A stretch of 64,000 bases of DNA from Verrucomicrobiota bacterium (GTDB lineage: Bacteria > Verrucomicrobiota > Lentisphaeria > Lentisphaerales > Lentisphaeraceae), in NCBI GenBank assembly GCA_039798785.1, contig JBDKFG010000006.1:1-64000 (forward strand). The letters are read 5' to 3'. This document shows positions 49,433-59,703 of this stretch, piece after piece (positions within the stretch are counted from its first letter, which is position 1; each line of letters starts with the position of its first letter). The notes under the pieces were generated by a model that made no database searches, had not been told where the DNA came from, and saw nothing but the letters and a program-made list of their open reading frames with translations. The position numbers were made by a program, and so were the translations under genes.

Positions 49433-50620
49433 ATGGATGAAATCCTCCTCAAGCCCGGACGCGACAAAAGCGTCAAGGCACGCCACCCTTGGATCTTCGA
49501 AGGCGCGATCGAACGCGTCAAAGGCAGCCCAGCCTCCGGCGCCAATGTCCTGGTGCGCAGCTCCGAAGGCCAGGCTCTAGCCATCGCCGCCTGGTCGCCG
49601 AGCTCCCAGATCCGAGGCAGGGTCTGGACCGTGCAGCCGGAAGAGACGGTCGACGCCGACTTCTTCCGCCGCCGCCTGGTGCGCGCCCTCGGCCACCGCG
49701 AGCATCTGCCGGAACGCCGCTCTCTCAATGCCTTGCGACTGGTCAATTCCGAGGGTGACGGTCTGCCGGGCCTGATCGCTGACCTCTATGCCGATTGGCT
49801 GGTGGTGCAATTCCTCAGCGCCGGCGCCGAATTTTGGCGCGACACTCTGCTGAGCCTGCTCGCCGAGCTGCTTCCGGGAGTGTCGATCTATGAACGCAGC
49901 GACTCCGACGGGCGCCGCCGCGAAGGCCTGGAGCCGCGAAGCGGCCTCCTCGCCGGCAGCGAGCCGCCCGACGCCGTCGAAGTCAGCGAGGGGCCCTGGA
50001 AGCTCCTAGTTGACGTCAAACGCGGCCACAAGACCGGACTCTACCTCGACCAGCGCGACAACCGCGAGGCCGTCCGGCTCGCCTCGCAAGGCAAGGAAGT
50101 CCTTAACTGCTTCTGCTACACCGGCGGCTTCAGCGTCGCCGCCCTCGCCGGCGGCGCCAGCCGAGTCGAAAGCGTCGACGCTTCGGAGGACGCTCTCGCC
50201 CTCGCCCGCCGCAACTGCGAACTCAACGGCGGCGATCCGGCGAAGACGATCTTCACCTGCGCCGACGTCTTCCAGTTCCTCCGCCGCTGCCGCGACGCCC
50301 GCAAAACCTATGATGTCATCATCCTCGACCCGCCGAAATTCGCCGATAGCAAGGTCCAGGTAGACAAGGCTGCGCGCGGCTACAAGGACATCAACCTACT
50401 CGCCTTCAAGCTGTTGCGCCCCGGAGGCACGCTCTTCACCTACTCTTGCTCCGGCCTGGTCGAGACGCCTCTCTTCAAGAAGATCGTCAGCGATGCCGCT
50501 CTCGACGCCGGCCGCGAAGCCCTGGTGGTCCGCCGCCTGTCGCAATCGGCCTGCCACCCGGTGCCGCTTTCCTTCCCGGAAGGCGAGTACCTCAAAGGTC
50601 TCCAGATCGCCTGTCCGTAA
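49433..50620 (+). CDS. rlmI: 23S rRNA m5C1962 methyltransferase
   Basis: HPWIF PUA domain, SEGDGLPGL, GHKTGLYLDQRDNR, LNCFCYTGGF, ILDPPKF, TYSCSG, YLKG. Confidence 0.95.
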   Translation: MDEILLKPGRDKSVKARHPWIFEGAIERVKGSPASGANVLVRSSEGQALAIAAWSPSSQIRGRVWTVQPEETVDADFFRRRLVRALGHREHLPERRSLNALRLVNSEGDGLPGLIADLYADWLVVQFLSAGAEFWRDTLLSLLAELLPGVSIYERSDSDGRRREGLEPRSGLLAGSEPPDAVEVSEGPWKLLVDVKRGHKTGLYLDQRDNREAVRLASQGKEVLNCFCYTGGFSVAALAGGASRVESVDASEDALALARRNCELNGGDPAKTIFTCADVFQFLRRCRDARKTYDVIILDPPKFADSKVQVDKAARGYKDINLLAFKLLRPGGTLFTYSCSGLVETPLFKKIVSDAALDAGREALVVRRLSQSACHPVPLSFPEGEYLKGLQIACP

Positions 50621-50630
50621 ATCCCGGACC

Positions 50631-52679
50631 TCAGTTCCCGGGCCTCCGACGAATCAGCAGGCTGGCTCCATCGGCCGGAATCTGCATGAAGATCTCGTCC
50701 TCGCCCGCGGCATTGCGGCCGGGGCGCAGAGGCAGGTTCCTCCAGGCGTCGTGATAGACCGCGCCCTCGACATGCGGAAGTCGCAAGACCAGGCCATCGA
50801 CCTCCGGACCGGCATTGAGCAGGGTCCAGACTTCTTCGCCTGGCGTCGAGAATCGATTGGCTGCGATCTGGCGATTCTGCGTCGGCACCAAGGGTTCCGG
50901 AGCATCGCACATGAAGGCTTCGGCGTGCTGGCGGAGCAATCCCGAGGTCTTGCGGATCAGCTCCAGGCAGGCGGGAGAGAACTGCGTCTGCGCCCTGCCG
51001 GAGAGGTAGAGGCCTTCGCCGTTGAAGAAGGCGGCGCGGACGGCGGCGAGGTTGTCGCCGACCCCGGCTTCGGAGACGAGCTCGAAGGTCTTGAAATCCG
51101 GCAAGGCGAAACGAGTCATGTTGACGGGGTGGCGGATGCCTTTGTCGAGCGACTGCTTCACCGAGGCGGTGTAGGCGCCGTCGCTGTAGCGGTTGATGAC
51201 GTCGCTGGGGATTTCCTCGGTGTAGATGACCGCCGAGGCGCCGATGGCGGCGCGCACTTCCCGCAGCATGGCCAGCTCGCCTGCGAGCATGTTCTCTCCG
51301 GGCTTGTGCAGGGCGGCATGGGCGGGGTTGTGGCACTTGTACTGAGTCAGGAAGCCGTACTGGTCGACATAGACCCCGGCGGCGCCGGTTTCATCCCGGG
51401 CCCTGCGGATGCAGCCGGCGAGGTGGCGTCGCCACTGCGGGAGATGCGGGCACATGGTGGCATAGCCGCCGCCCCACGCGTCGACCGCCTTGCCTGCAGC
51501 ATCAAGCATCCGCCAATCTGCAGCGTGGAGTCGGTTGACTTGAGATTCGGGGGAAGCCAGATAGCCCTCGAAATACAGGCCGGTAGGGATTCCCTTGGCG
51601 GCCAGCTGGGTGATCTCATGCTTAAAGGCCGGAGCTCCGCCGAGATGTTCCCAAGGAGAGTAGTCGCCGACGCGGCCGGCGGCAGGAGTTTGCGACCAGT
51701 CAAAGAAATGGGCGAAGTCGACGCTGCCGAAATCGTCGCAATCCCGCCGGAGCACCTCGGCGAGCTTCCATTGGCGGCTGACGACGTCGAAGATGCCGCT
51801 GTTCAGCTCGGGCGAGTTGTAAAGGTAGTAGACGCGGAAGTTGAAGGCGCTGCGGAAGGCGTGGGAGCGCGGCGCCTCCGGACGGCGCCAGGTGTCGCAC
51901 CAGCGGCGATAGGCGCGGAGACCGGAGTGCCAGGAACCTCTCTCGGCACCGAGGAGAAGCGACGGCAGCTCCCAGCGCTCGCCGGGAGCGAGGCTGCGGA
52001 CTTCATGCTCGACCTGGAGATGGAGTCCGGCGGCATCTTTGTCGATCCCGAAGGTTTTGCGGCGGTTGCTCTGATCGCAAAGAACGAGATAGACGCTGCC
52101 GCGATCGGGGTGATCGGCGGCGAGAAACTGGGTCGGGAACATGCCGCCGTACCAGGCCCGGTCGCTGAGCGGCTCGGTGCCGATGCGAGCCGAACGCGAC
52201 GGGAAGCAGTAGCGCATGGCCGAGACGTCGTCAGGCCCGTTGCCCTTGAGACGCAGGGACGGGAAGCTCGGAGACAGCGAGACGGCTTGATTCGTCCGGT
52301 TGATCAGCACCAGCTTGAGCAGGATCCCTCCTGGCTGCTTCGTCTGGGTCAGCACCGCCTCGACGCCATTGACTCCGTGCAGGTCGAAGACCGGGCCCCC
52401 GGTCTGCCAGGGCTTGAGACCGGCGACGCCAAGAGACGGGATCTCGCCGCCGGGCCTGACTAGAATCTCGACCTCGCCGAGCGGCGCGGCGGCGGGCGGA
52501 CGGCGGACCTCGTCTCGTCCGCCCGCAGGCGCCGGCTCGGCGTCTCTTCCGCCGAGGATGCATCCGGCCAGGACGCCTCCGAGGAGCAGCAACGTCCAGA
52601 CGATGGCGATCAGGCTTCCTGCTCCGGATGAGCGGCGCGCTGGCTTGCGGGACTTCCTGGTGGCGGGTTTGGGATGCAT
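50631..52679 (-). CDS. Membrane-anchored putative glycoside hydrolase-like protein (DUF6259-like)
   Basis: N-terminal TM; FFDW, GDY, GLYFEG, MCP, GVYVDQYG, YTEE suggest a TIM-barrel GH; family assignment is tentative. Confidence 0.65.
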   Translation of the reverse strand: MHPKPATRKSRKPARRSSGAGSLIAIVWTLLLLGGVLAGCILGGRDAEPAPAGGRDEVRRPPAAAPLGEVEILVRPGGEIPSLGVAGLKPWQTGGPVFDLHGVNGVEAVLTQTKQPGGILLKLVLINRTNQAVSLSPSFPSLRLKGNGPDDVSAMRYCFPSRSARIGTEPLSDRAWYGGMFPTQFLAADHPDRGSVYLVLCDQSNRRKTFGIDKDAAGLHLQVEHEVRSLAPGERWELPSLLLGAERGSWHSGLRAYRRWCDTWRRPEAPRSHAFRSAFNFRVYYLYNSPELNSGIFDVVSRQWKLAEVLRRDCDDFGSVDFAHFFDWSQTPAAGRVGDYSPWEHLGGAPAFKHEITQLAAKGIPTGLYFEGYLASPESQVNRLHAADWRMLDAAGKAVDAWGGGYATMCPHLPQWRRHLAGCIRRARDETGAAGVYVDQYGFLTQYKCHNPAHAALHKPGENMLAGELAMLREVRAAIGASAVIYTEEIPSDVINRYSDGAYTASVKQSLDKGIRHPVNMTRFALPDFKTFELVSEAGVGDNLAAVRAAFFNGEGLYLSGRAQTQFSPACLELIRKTSGLLRQHAEAFMCDAPEPLVPTQNRQIAANRFSTPGEEVWTLLNAGPEVDGLVLRLPHVEGAVYHDAWRNLPLRPGRNAAGEDEIFMQIPADGASLLIRRRPGN

Positions 52680-52837
52680 TTTGACTTGTCTTGTGTTGAG
52701 GGTTCTTCCACAGTATATTTACTCCAATGCGCCAGGTGCCGGGGATTTGACAGCTGCGGCGGCATTTTCCCGAGGCGGACGCCAAAAAGCCGGACAGGGA
52801 TAATTTAGAGCGCAGGGCAACCGATGGATGGCTCCTC

Positions 52838-53431
52838 ATGAACGGCAACGAAGATCCCCACCGCACGCGCAAGAGTTTGCTGACCAGGCTTGGAGCAAGC
52901 CGTGACGACCTTGCCTGGGAAGTCTTCCTGGAATACTACCAGAAATTCATCACCGTACTTCTGAGGCGGCGCGGCGTTCCCGACGACGACATTCCCGACA
53001 TCCGCCAGGAGGTCTGCCTGATCTGCTGGCAGGTCTTCCGCGAGGGCAAGTTCGATCCGTCGATCGGTCGCTTCCGGGGCTGGCTGGCCAGGGTCACCAT
53101 GAATGCCGCGAACCTGCAATTCCGCCGCAATCAACGAGACATCAGGAACGACGATGCGCTGCGGGCTCTGGCCGAGCTTGAGCTGGACGAGCCGGTGCCG
53201 GACTGGGTGAACGAGGAATGGAAGACGCATGTGATGCGACTCGCCTGGCAAGAAGCGCAGATGCATTTCTCCGACGGGGTGATGCGCATCTACAAGCGCA
53301 CCCTCGACGGCGAGGATCTGGCGGAGATCGCCCGTTCGGAGGGAGTCGCTATCAACACCGTGTATGTCTATCGCAAGCGTGTCGAGGAGGCTCTCGGCGG
53401 CTACATCAAGCAGCTTGAGGCCTATCTGTAG
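52838..53431 (+). CDS. ECF sigma factor, kinase-associated PVC type
   Basis: TRKSLLTRL..AWEVFLEYY, GRFRGWL, EEWKTH, EIARSEGVAINTVYVYRKRV. Confidence 0.9.
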   Translation: MNGNEDPHRTRKSLLTRLGASRDDLAWEVFLEYYQKFITVLLRRRGVPDDDIPDIRQEVCLICWQVFREGKFDPSIGRFRGWLARVTMNAANLQFRRNQRDIRNDDALRALAELELDEPVPDWVNEEWKTHVMRLAWQEAQMHFSDGVMRIYKRTLDGEDLAEIARSEGVAINTVYVYRKRVEEALGGYIKQLEAYL

Positions 53432-55458
53432 ACCTCGACCTCGTAGATGTGGACCGAGTCGTTGTCGGAGTTGCTGAGCATTTCGACATGGACATACCTG
53501 GACAGGGTGCCGGCCGGCATCTTGAAGGAGAAGGCCTGGCCGGGCGAGCCCGGTTCGGTCCCGAGTTTCTGCGCAAGGAGAATTCTCGGCCCGGAGGGCT
53601 CGTCGCCCCCCCAGATCCTGAAGGTGTAATGGCGCGGCCCCGGCGGCAGCCAGAGATCAATCCGGCCGAGGGCCTGGCGCGTCTCGAGGTCGATACTGAG
53701 GGTGCGCGGCCAGTCCGCGGCGGCCCAGTAATCATCAGGACCCTTCAGACCGTTGACGGCGAGTTCGGGAGCCCTTTCGTTATAGCCGTCGGACCAGGCG
53801 AGGCAGCCCAGGGCGAGGTTGGGCGGCAGGCATTCCTGCCAGCGCCGCGCCAGCTCCTCCCTGCCCTTGGCCAGGGCGATCTGCCGTCCGAGGCGGCACT
53901 GCTTGCGGAGCCCGGCCGTGACTTGGCCTGAGCCAACGGCGGCGAAGCACTGGCGCCAGATCTCCTTCTCGATCTTGCCGTCAAGCGGATTGTCGCGCAG
54001 GAAGAGAAGCCGGGGGGAGACGGCTTCGGGGTTCATCTCGGCCATCTTGGCGAGGATCGCCTGGGCGGCGGGTTCAGGCGGACGGGAGGCGAGGGCCGCG
54101 AAGCAGGCCTGGAGACTGAAGGCATCGGCCCGCCAGGCGAGCTTCATCAGGGTGTCGTGCAGGACCTCCGGTTCGCCGGGGGCGGCCAGCAGCTTGGCCA
54201 GCTGCAGATCGCGGCTGGAGCCGAGCCGGCGCAACGTGGCGGCATCGGCGGGGGTGCCCGTGCCGAGGCGCAGGGCGACCCTGGCCTTCCACAGGGGCCA
54301 AGCGGGAATCGCTGCCGAGACCGGCTCGAGCAGGCGGAGGTAGTCGCCGGCCTGCAGCATGTCGCCTTCCGCGTAGGATGCTTCCAGAGCCTTCAGGATG
54401 ATGCCGTGGTTCTGCTGCAACAAGGCGAAGCGGCGCTCCTTCTCCTGCTTCTCCGCAGTGAGCGCAGCGGCGAGCGCCTCCTGCTTGCTCCTCAGGCTGT
54501 TCAGGTAGGCCAGGCTCAGGATGGCGGTGCCGAGGACGGCCGCGGCGCTGCGCAACACCAGCCCCCGATGCCGCCGCAGAAGAAGGAGCCCCTGCCGCAG
54601 GAGCCCGGCATGTTCCACCTCGGGCGCGAAGCCGGCAGCCCAGGCGCGCCAGTCGGCGAGCAGCGAACTGGCGTCTCCCCGCCCCTCGAGATCGAGGCAG
54701 CCGGAGATCATGGCGCGTAAACCCTGCTCCAGCGCCGCCAGGCGCCTGTCCGGCGGCAGGTGGGGATCCCCGAGCATCTCGAGGAGGATGTGGCCGATGG
54801 CGAACATGTCGGCTCGTTCCGGCCGGTAGCCGGGTGACATCTGGTATTCGGGCGGAGGCATGTAGCCGGGTGTGCCCCGGATGAGGCCGCGCAGGGCCGG
54901 CGTGCTGTCGGTGGAGGCCAGCTCCCAGTCGGTCACCTTCAGCCGGCCGCTGTCGTCGATGAGCAGGTTCTCGGGCTTCAGGTCGATGTGGTGGATGCCG
55001 AGCGAATGGGCGAAGGCCATGACTTCGAGAAGTTCACCCGCCAGGGCGAGTGCCTGATCCTGGGCGAGGCCTGAGCGCAAGCTGTCGCGCAAGCTTCGGC
55101 CCTGAAGGAATTCCGCGACGTAGAAGAGCCGCCCGTCCGCCGTCCTTCCGGCGTCGTAGAGGCTGGCGACGCCATCATGACGGAGCCTGGCGTAGAGCTG
55201 GACTTCATGAAGGAAGCGGAGCTCGTCCTCCTGGCGGACTTCGCGGCAGATGAGCAGGGCCGCCGGCCGCCGGCACAGCAGGTCCTCAGCCTCCCAGCAT
55301 TGCTTCAGCGAGCCCTCACCGGCGAGGCGCCGCCTGAAGTAGCGATCCTCGAGATCGGAACGGCGAGGCCATTCGTCCTCCGAGGCGAGAATCCGTCCCT
55401 CCGTCAGCCTGGCCCGGAGACGGTTCATGAACTCCGTGTCGTCATCGTGATGTGTCAT
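53422..55458 (-). CDS. Ser/Thr kinase-like membrane protein with C-terminal discoidin/F5-8-like domain
   Basis: RFLHE, HIDLKPEN, GTPGYMPP, ADMFAIG; TM; C-terminal AVNG..DDYW..LSIDL..RYVHV..IYEVEVY. Confidence 0.85.
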   Translation of the reverse strand: MTHHDDDTEFMNRLRARLTEGRILASEDEWPRRSDLEDRYFRRRLAGEGSLKQCWEAEDLLCRRPAALLICREVRQEDELRFLHEVQLYARLRHDGVASLYDAGRTADGRLFYVAEFLQGRSLRDSLRSGLAQDQALALAGELLEVMAFAHSLGIHHIDLKPENLLIDDSGRLKVTDWELASTDSTPALRGLIRGTPGYMPPPEYQMSPGYRPERADMFAIGHILLEMLGDPHLPPDRRLAALEQGLRAMISGCLDLEGRGDASSLLADWRAWAAGFAPEVEHAGLLRQGLLLLRRHRGLVLRSAAAVLGTAILSLAYLNSLRSKQEALAAALTAEKQEKERRFALLQQNHGIILKALEASYAEGDMLQAGDYLRLLEPVSAAIPAWPLWKARVALRLGTGTPADAATLRRLGSSRDLQLAKLLAAPGEPEVLHDTLMKLAWRADAFSLQACFAALASRPPEPAAQAILAKMAEMNPEAVSPRLLFLRDNPLDGKIEKEIWRQCFAAVGSGQVTAGLRKQCRLGRQIALAKGREELARRWQECLPPNLALGCLAWSDGYNERAPELAVNGLKGPDDYWAAADWPRTLSIDLETRQALGRIDLWLPPGPRHYTFRIWGGDEPSGPRILLAQKLGTEPGSPGQAFSFKMPAGTLSRYVHVEMLSNSDNDSVHIYEVEVYR

Positions 55459-55510
55459 CGGGGAGCCCTCGCCGTCAGCCGGTTGTACTGGAAACCGCAA
55501 CAGACGAATG

Positions 55511-55652
55511 GAGCCGGGTTGAAAGGTTGAAACGCAAGCCGACAAACAACATCGATAAGCAGCGAATCCAAAGACATCTCCGGGGTCTGGCGAAGATGAC
55601 TGGCCTTCGTGATTCCTGTAGCTAAACCTTTCAACCTTCGAACCTTATCAAC
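55511..55652. repeat. Dispersed ~150-165 bp element, copy 2
   Basis: GAGCCG(GGTTGAAA)x2CGCAAG ... GTAGCTAAACCTTTCAACCTTCGAACCTTATCAAC. Confidence 0.75.
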
Positions 55653-55701
55653 TGCGGTTTTCACAACTATACACCTGCAGGCGGCGAACGCTGAGGGCGT
55701 C

Positions 55702-57606
55702 TCAGGGCTTGAGGTCGCGCCGGTAGAGGAAGATCTCGCCATGCGAGTCGCTTCCGTCGACGCCGGCCAACTCGACGACGGCGTGGCAACGGCTGCCGGG
55801 ACGCGGCGGCAACTCGAATGCATAGTGGTTGCGGATATTGACGGCGCCGGTCTGGGCTTCACGGGCATCGGAGAAAACCTCCCGGCCGTCGACCAGCACC
55901 GCGACCCGGCGGATCTGGGCCGCATTTTGTCCACGCAGGAAAAAAGGGCTGAGGATGAAGCGGCCTCCCCGAGCGCAGGCCTCGGCGAGGTCGATGTGGA
56001 CCGGGCGGGCGATGGAATCGGGATCCCAGGCGCCGACGGACTTGCCACCGATGCGCGGGTCGCGATCGAAATCGATGCCGGCCTCGTCGAGGATGGAGTG
56101 GTGCACCGCCAGGCGTCGCTTGAAATCCGAGATTTCCAGGGCCTCCTTGCGGCTCCAGCCCAGCTCGGCCAGGGCCAGCGCCTTAGGGTAAAGCCGGAAG
56201 TCGAACTTGTCGGGCGGGCAGTCCCAGTTGTTGACCTGCACGCCGGCGATCCTGGCGGCCGCGGCGGCCTCGAGGCCCTTGGGCACGGGGTCGAATCCGT
56301 AGATGCCTTCGACGCTGGAAGGAAGATCGAGATAGAAGTTGTTGAAGGGGCAGACGACGACCGGGTGGCCTTGCCTGGCGGCTGCCGCCGCGGGGCATTC
56401 GGCGACGTCGGCGTTGACGAAGAAGTCGCGGCCACGCTGGAAGTGCCACTGGAAGACTAAGGCGCCGGCGGGATAGTCGCCCTGCCAGGAGAGCTCGTCC
56501 CACAGGCATGGGACGCGCCCCAGGCGGGTGACATGCGCCGCGACGCGCCGCATAAGGTCGCGATAGAGCAGGTATTTCTCCGGCGTGCCGATCGAACCGG
56601 CGTAGAGCCGGTCGAGTTCGGGGCGGCGCTCTCCGGCGAGGGCGGCGGCGCGGCGCTGGCACGAGGGGCAGGATTTCCAGTTGACGCCGAGATATTCGTC
56701 GCCGCCGATGTGGACGGGCGAGCCGGGAAACTGCCCGGCGACATCGGCGAGGATGCCCTTGAGGATGTCTAAGGATTCAGGACGGCTGGCGCAGATCTCG
56801 TCGTCCTGGTTTTCCACCGGGCAGCGCAGCTGCGGGATCACGCCGGTGAGGATGGAGCAATGCTGCGGCATGTCGATCTCGGGGATGAGCTGGACGTTTC
56901 GCGCCGATGCGTAGCTGACTAGCTCGCGGATCTCGTCGCGGGTGTAGAAGCCGGCGCCGCGGGTTGGGTCGAAGGAGGGCCACTTCTTAGCATCGGTGAG
57001 ATCGGGGTGCTTGGCGATCGATATCCGCCAGCCCGAATTGTCGGTGAGGTGGAGATGGATCTTGTTGATCTTGTAGTAGGACAATCGGTCGACAGCCGAC
57101 TTGAGGCGCTCGGCGGTGATGAAGTAACGGGCGGGGTCGAGCATGACGCCGCGGTAGAGGAAGCGCGGCGAGTCGTCGATCCTGAGGCAGGGCAGGAGCC
57201 TGCCGGAGTCTTTGGCAGGCGCCTGGTCGAGCAGTTGACGCAGGGTGTGGACGGCATTGATCAGGCCGGCCTTGGCCGGGGCTCTGGCGACGATCTCCCG
57301 CGGCTGGATGTCGAGGGTGTATGTCTCGGGCCTGGCGCCGCTCCTGACGGGAGCCAGTTCGAGCCGGATGGCGGCCGCGGCGGGATTCAGCCGAGCGGCG
57401 GCGGGGCAGCGCCGCGCCAGCTCCACGGCAAAGAAGCTACGCAGCCCTTCCTCCGCGCGGATGACGGAGGCAGGAGAGACGAAGCACTCCCCCGGCACGG
57501 CCTTGATCTCCGACGGAGCCGGAATGAGGCAGGGAAGCTCGCCGGCCGGGAGGGCGCTCGCGAGGCAGATCGAGAAAAGGGTTTTAATGATCAATGAGAA
57601 ATGCAT
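55702..57606 (-). CDS. Beta-N-acetylhexosaminidase (GH20), secreted
   Basis: DSPRFLYRGVMLDPAR, HLHLTD, FYTRDE, IPEIDMPQH, HIGGDE. Confidence 0.93.
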   Translation of the reverse strand: MHFSLIIKTLFSICLASALPAGELPCLIPAPSEIKAVPGECFVSPASVIRAEEGLRSFFAVELARRCPAAARLNPAAAAIRLELAPVRSGARPETYTLDIQPREIVARAPAKAGLINAVHTLRQLLDQAPAKDSGRLLPCLRIDDSPRFLYRGVMLDPARYFITAERLKSAVDRLSYYKINKIHLHLTDNSGWRISIAKHPDLTDAKKWPSFDPTRGAGFYTRDEIRELVSYASARNVQLIPEIDMPQHCSILTGVIPQLRCPVENQDDEICASRPESLDILKGILADVAGQFPGSPVHIGGDEYLGVNWKSCPSCQRRAAALAGERRPELDRLYAGSIGTPEKYLLYRDLMRRVAAHVTRLGRVPCLWDELSWQGDYPAGALVFQWHFQRGRDFFVNADVAECPAAAAARQGHPVVVCPFNNFYLDLPSSVEGIYGFDPVPKGLEAAAAARIAGVQVNNWDCPPDKFDFRLYPKALALAELGWSRKEALEISDFKRRLAVHHSILDEAGIDFDRDPRIGGKSVGAWDPDSIARPVHIDLAEACARGGRFILSPFFLRGQNAAQIRRVAVLVDGREVFSDAREAQTGAVNIRNHYAFELPPRPGSRCHAVVELAGVDGSDSHGEIFLYRRDLKP

Positions 57607-57638
57607 GGGTGCCATCCCTTTGTTGGAAAAACCAAGGA

Positions 57639-59441
57639 TCATTTGCTGCCGCCGGCGAAGTGTTCTTCGATCTCCTCAAGGGTACGTCCCTTGGTTTCGG
57701 GAAGAAGGATGAGGGCTGCGAGGAAGTAGACCACGGTGAAGCCGGCGAAGACGAAGAACATCGAGCTGTAGCCGTGAGCTCCGACACTGGGGAGGAAGAC
57801 GGCGGCGATGAAGGTCGACACGACGGTGTTAAAAAGGAGCGCCACGGACATGCCATTTGAGCGGATGCGTCCGGGCATCAGCTCGGAGAGGGCGAGCCAG
57901 ACGCAGATGCCGGGGCCGACGGCGAAGAAGGCCATGAAGGCATAGAGGCAGAGGGCGACGGCCCAGCCGTGGCTCTGCGGCGGTACGGGCGTGACCAAGG
58001 CGTGCTCAATGCGCAAGGGCGCCTGCCTGGCCTGCTCAAGGTCGAGTGATGGATTACGGAAAAATGCCTCGACCGAGTTCACCGGCAGGGCGGCGTTGCG
58101 CGAGATATCGACCAGCTTGTCTTCCCGGGCGTCGGAGCGGACGGCGGTAGTGGCTCCGGAGAAACCGCCGACGGAGTAGATGACTGTGAGAGTGCAGGGG
58201 CTCCCGGCCAGAGTCTCGGCGGCCTCGCCCCTGCCGGAGACAAGGCGGGCAAGCGAATCCCGGTCGAAGTGGAAGCGGAGCCGCTCGTCGCTCCGCAGGC
58301 CCTTGACGTCGCTGACCGGGGCGACCAGCTCCTCCAGGGATTCCCGGCAGTCGACCTGCCGTTTTTCCGAGTGCTGAAAGAGGATTCCGACGGCGGCGAG
58401 TGAGACGACGATACCACCGCTCCCGAGGCAGAGGAGGAATTTCCGTCCCTTGCGGTCGACGAGGACAACGGCGAGCATGGTGAAGAGGAAGTTGACGACG
58501 GTGAAGAAGACGCTGGCAAGGTGGGCTCCCTTGTCGTCGAGGCCAGCCTGGAGGAGGATCGTGGTGTTGAAGCCGATGATCGAGTTGATGCCGGTGGCCT
58601 GGTTGCAGGCGAGGATGAGGCAGGCGAGGAGGAAGGGAAGGACATATCGGCGTCTGAAGATCGATCCGGCTTCGGTTCCCGGGGCGGAGTCACGCGCCGC
58701 GACCGCCTGCAGCTCCCGCATCTCGAGCTCGGCTTCATTGGCCTCGCGGAAGCGGACGAGCGAGGCTCGAGCCTGTTCATGGCGTCCTTTGCGGAACAGC
58801 CACCGGGCCGATTCGGGCAGGAAAAAGGCGCCGGCGATGAAGACCAGACCAGGTACGAGGGAGATCCAGAAGACGCTGCGCCAAGCGAAGTCCTTGGCTT
58901 CGGCCAGCTGCGCCGCAACCTCGATGCCGTCGAGATGCCGGCTGAAAGCGAGTGCCATCAAGGCCGAAGCCAAAAGGCCGGCGACCAGCATCCACTGGAA
59001 GATGCCAGTCCCCGTGCCGCGTTGACCGGCGACCAGGGTCTCGGCAAGATACAGCGGGATCACCACGCCGATGAATCCGGCGCTGACTCCCTGCAGCAGC
59101 CGCCCGACGACCAGGGGACCGAAGCCATCCGCCATGGCGATCATCGGGATGCTGAGGACGAATAGGACGCCGCTGACGATCATCATCGGGCGCCGCCCGA
59201 TGATCTCGGTGCAGGCGCCGGCACAGAGCGTCGATATCACCGAGCCGAGCAGCACGGCGGCGACGATCACCGACAGCTGACCGGCGCTCAAGGGCAGGCC
59301 GGAGGCTGAATCCTTGAAGGTCGCCTCCATGTAGGGCAGTACGCCGGCGATGATGCCGACGTCGATGCCGTAGAGAAGACCTCCGAGACCGGCAACGAAA
59401 AGGAGGAGCTTGCGCTCGCGTTTCTTGGGCTGAGGATTCAT
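57639..59441 (-). CDS. Sugar porter (MFS) family transporter with a large loop insertion
   Basis: GLLYGIDVG, GRR, PLYLAE, PESARWL, QATGINS, VDRKGRK, SELMP, PETKGRTLEEIE. Confidence 0.93.
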   Translation of the reverse strand: MNPQPKKRERKLLLFVAGLGGLLYGIDVGIIAGVLPYMEATFKDSASGLPLSAGQLSVIVAAVLLGSVISTLCAGACTEIIGRRPMMIVSGVLFVLSIPMIAMADGFGPLVVGRLLQGVSAGFIGVVIPLYLAETLVAGQRGTGTGIFQWMLVAGLLASALMALAFSRHLDGIEVAAQLAEAKDFAWRSVFWISLVPGLVFIAGAFFLPESARWLFRKGRHEQARASLVRFREANEAELEMRELQAVAARDSAPGTEAGSIFRRRYVLPFLLACLILACNQATGINSIIGFNTTILLQAGLDDKGAHLASVFFTVVNFLFTMLAVVLVDRKGRKFLLCLGSGGIVVSLAAVGILFQHSEKRQVDCRESLEELVAPVSDVKGLRSDERLRFHFDRDSLARLVSGRGEAAETLAGSPCTLTVIYSVGGFSGATTAVRSDAREDKLVDISRNAALPVNSVEAFFRNPSLDLEQARQAPLRIEHALVTPVPPQSHGWAVALCLYAFMAFFAVGPGICVWLALSELMPGRIRSNGMSVALLFNTVVSTFIAAVFLPSVGAHGYSSMFFVFAGFTVVYFLAALILLPETKGRTLEEIEEHFAGGSK

Positions 59442-59703
59442 CGAGTCGACCTTCCTGGGGCTTGGGCAATCACTGGGATTCGGCTTGGTCGTCAAGGAGG
59501 TCCAGCCGCGGCTCCTTGACCGACATTCACTGCAATGCCTCCCGATGACTGAATTTGACAGCAAGAGCGAAGCTTTGGTAAAATTTAAAAATCCATGTCA
59601 AATTCCGGCATTCAGACGCATTTCCAGTATGGTAGGAAGGTTAAGCCAAATCTTGGGACGCCTTTCCTGGTCGTGAACGGAACGCCAAAACAAGGAATCC
59701 ATC

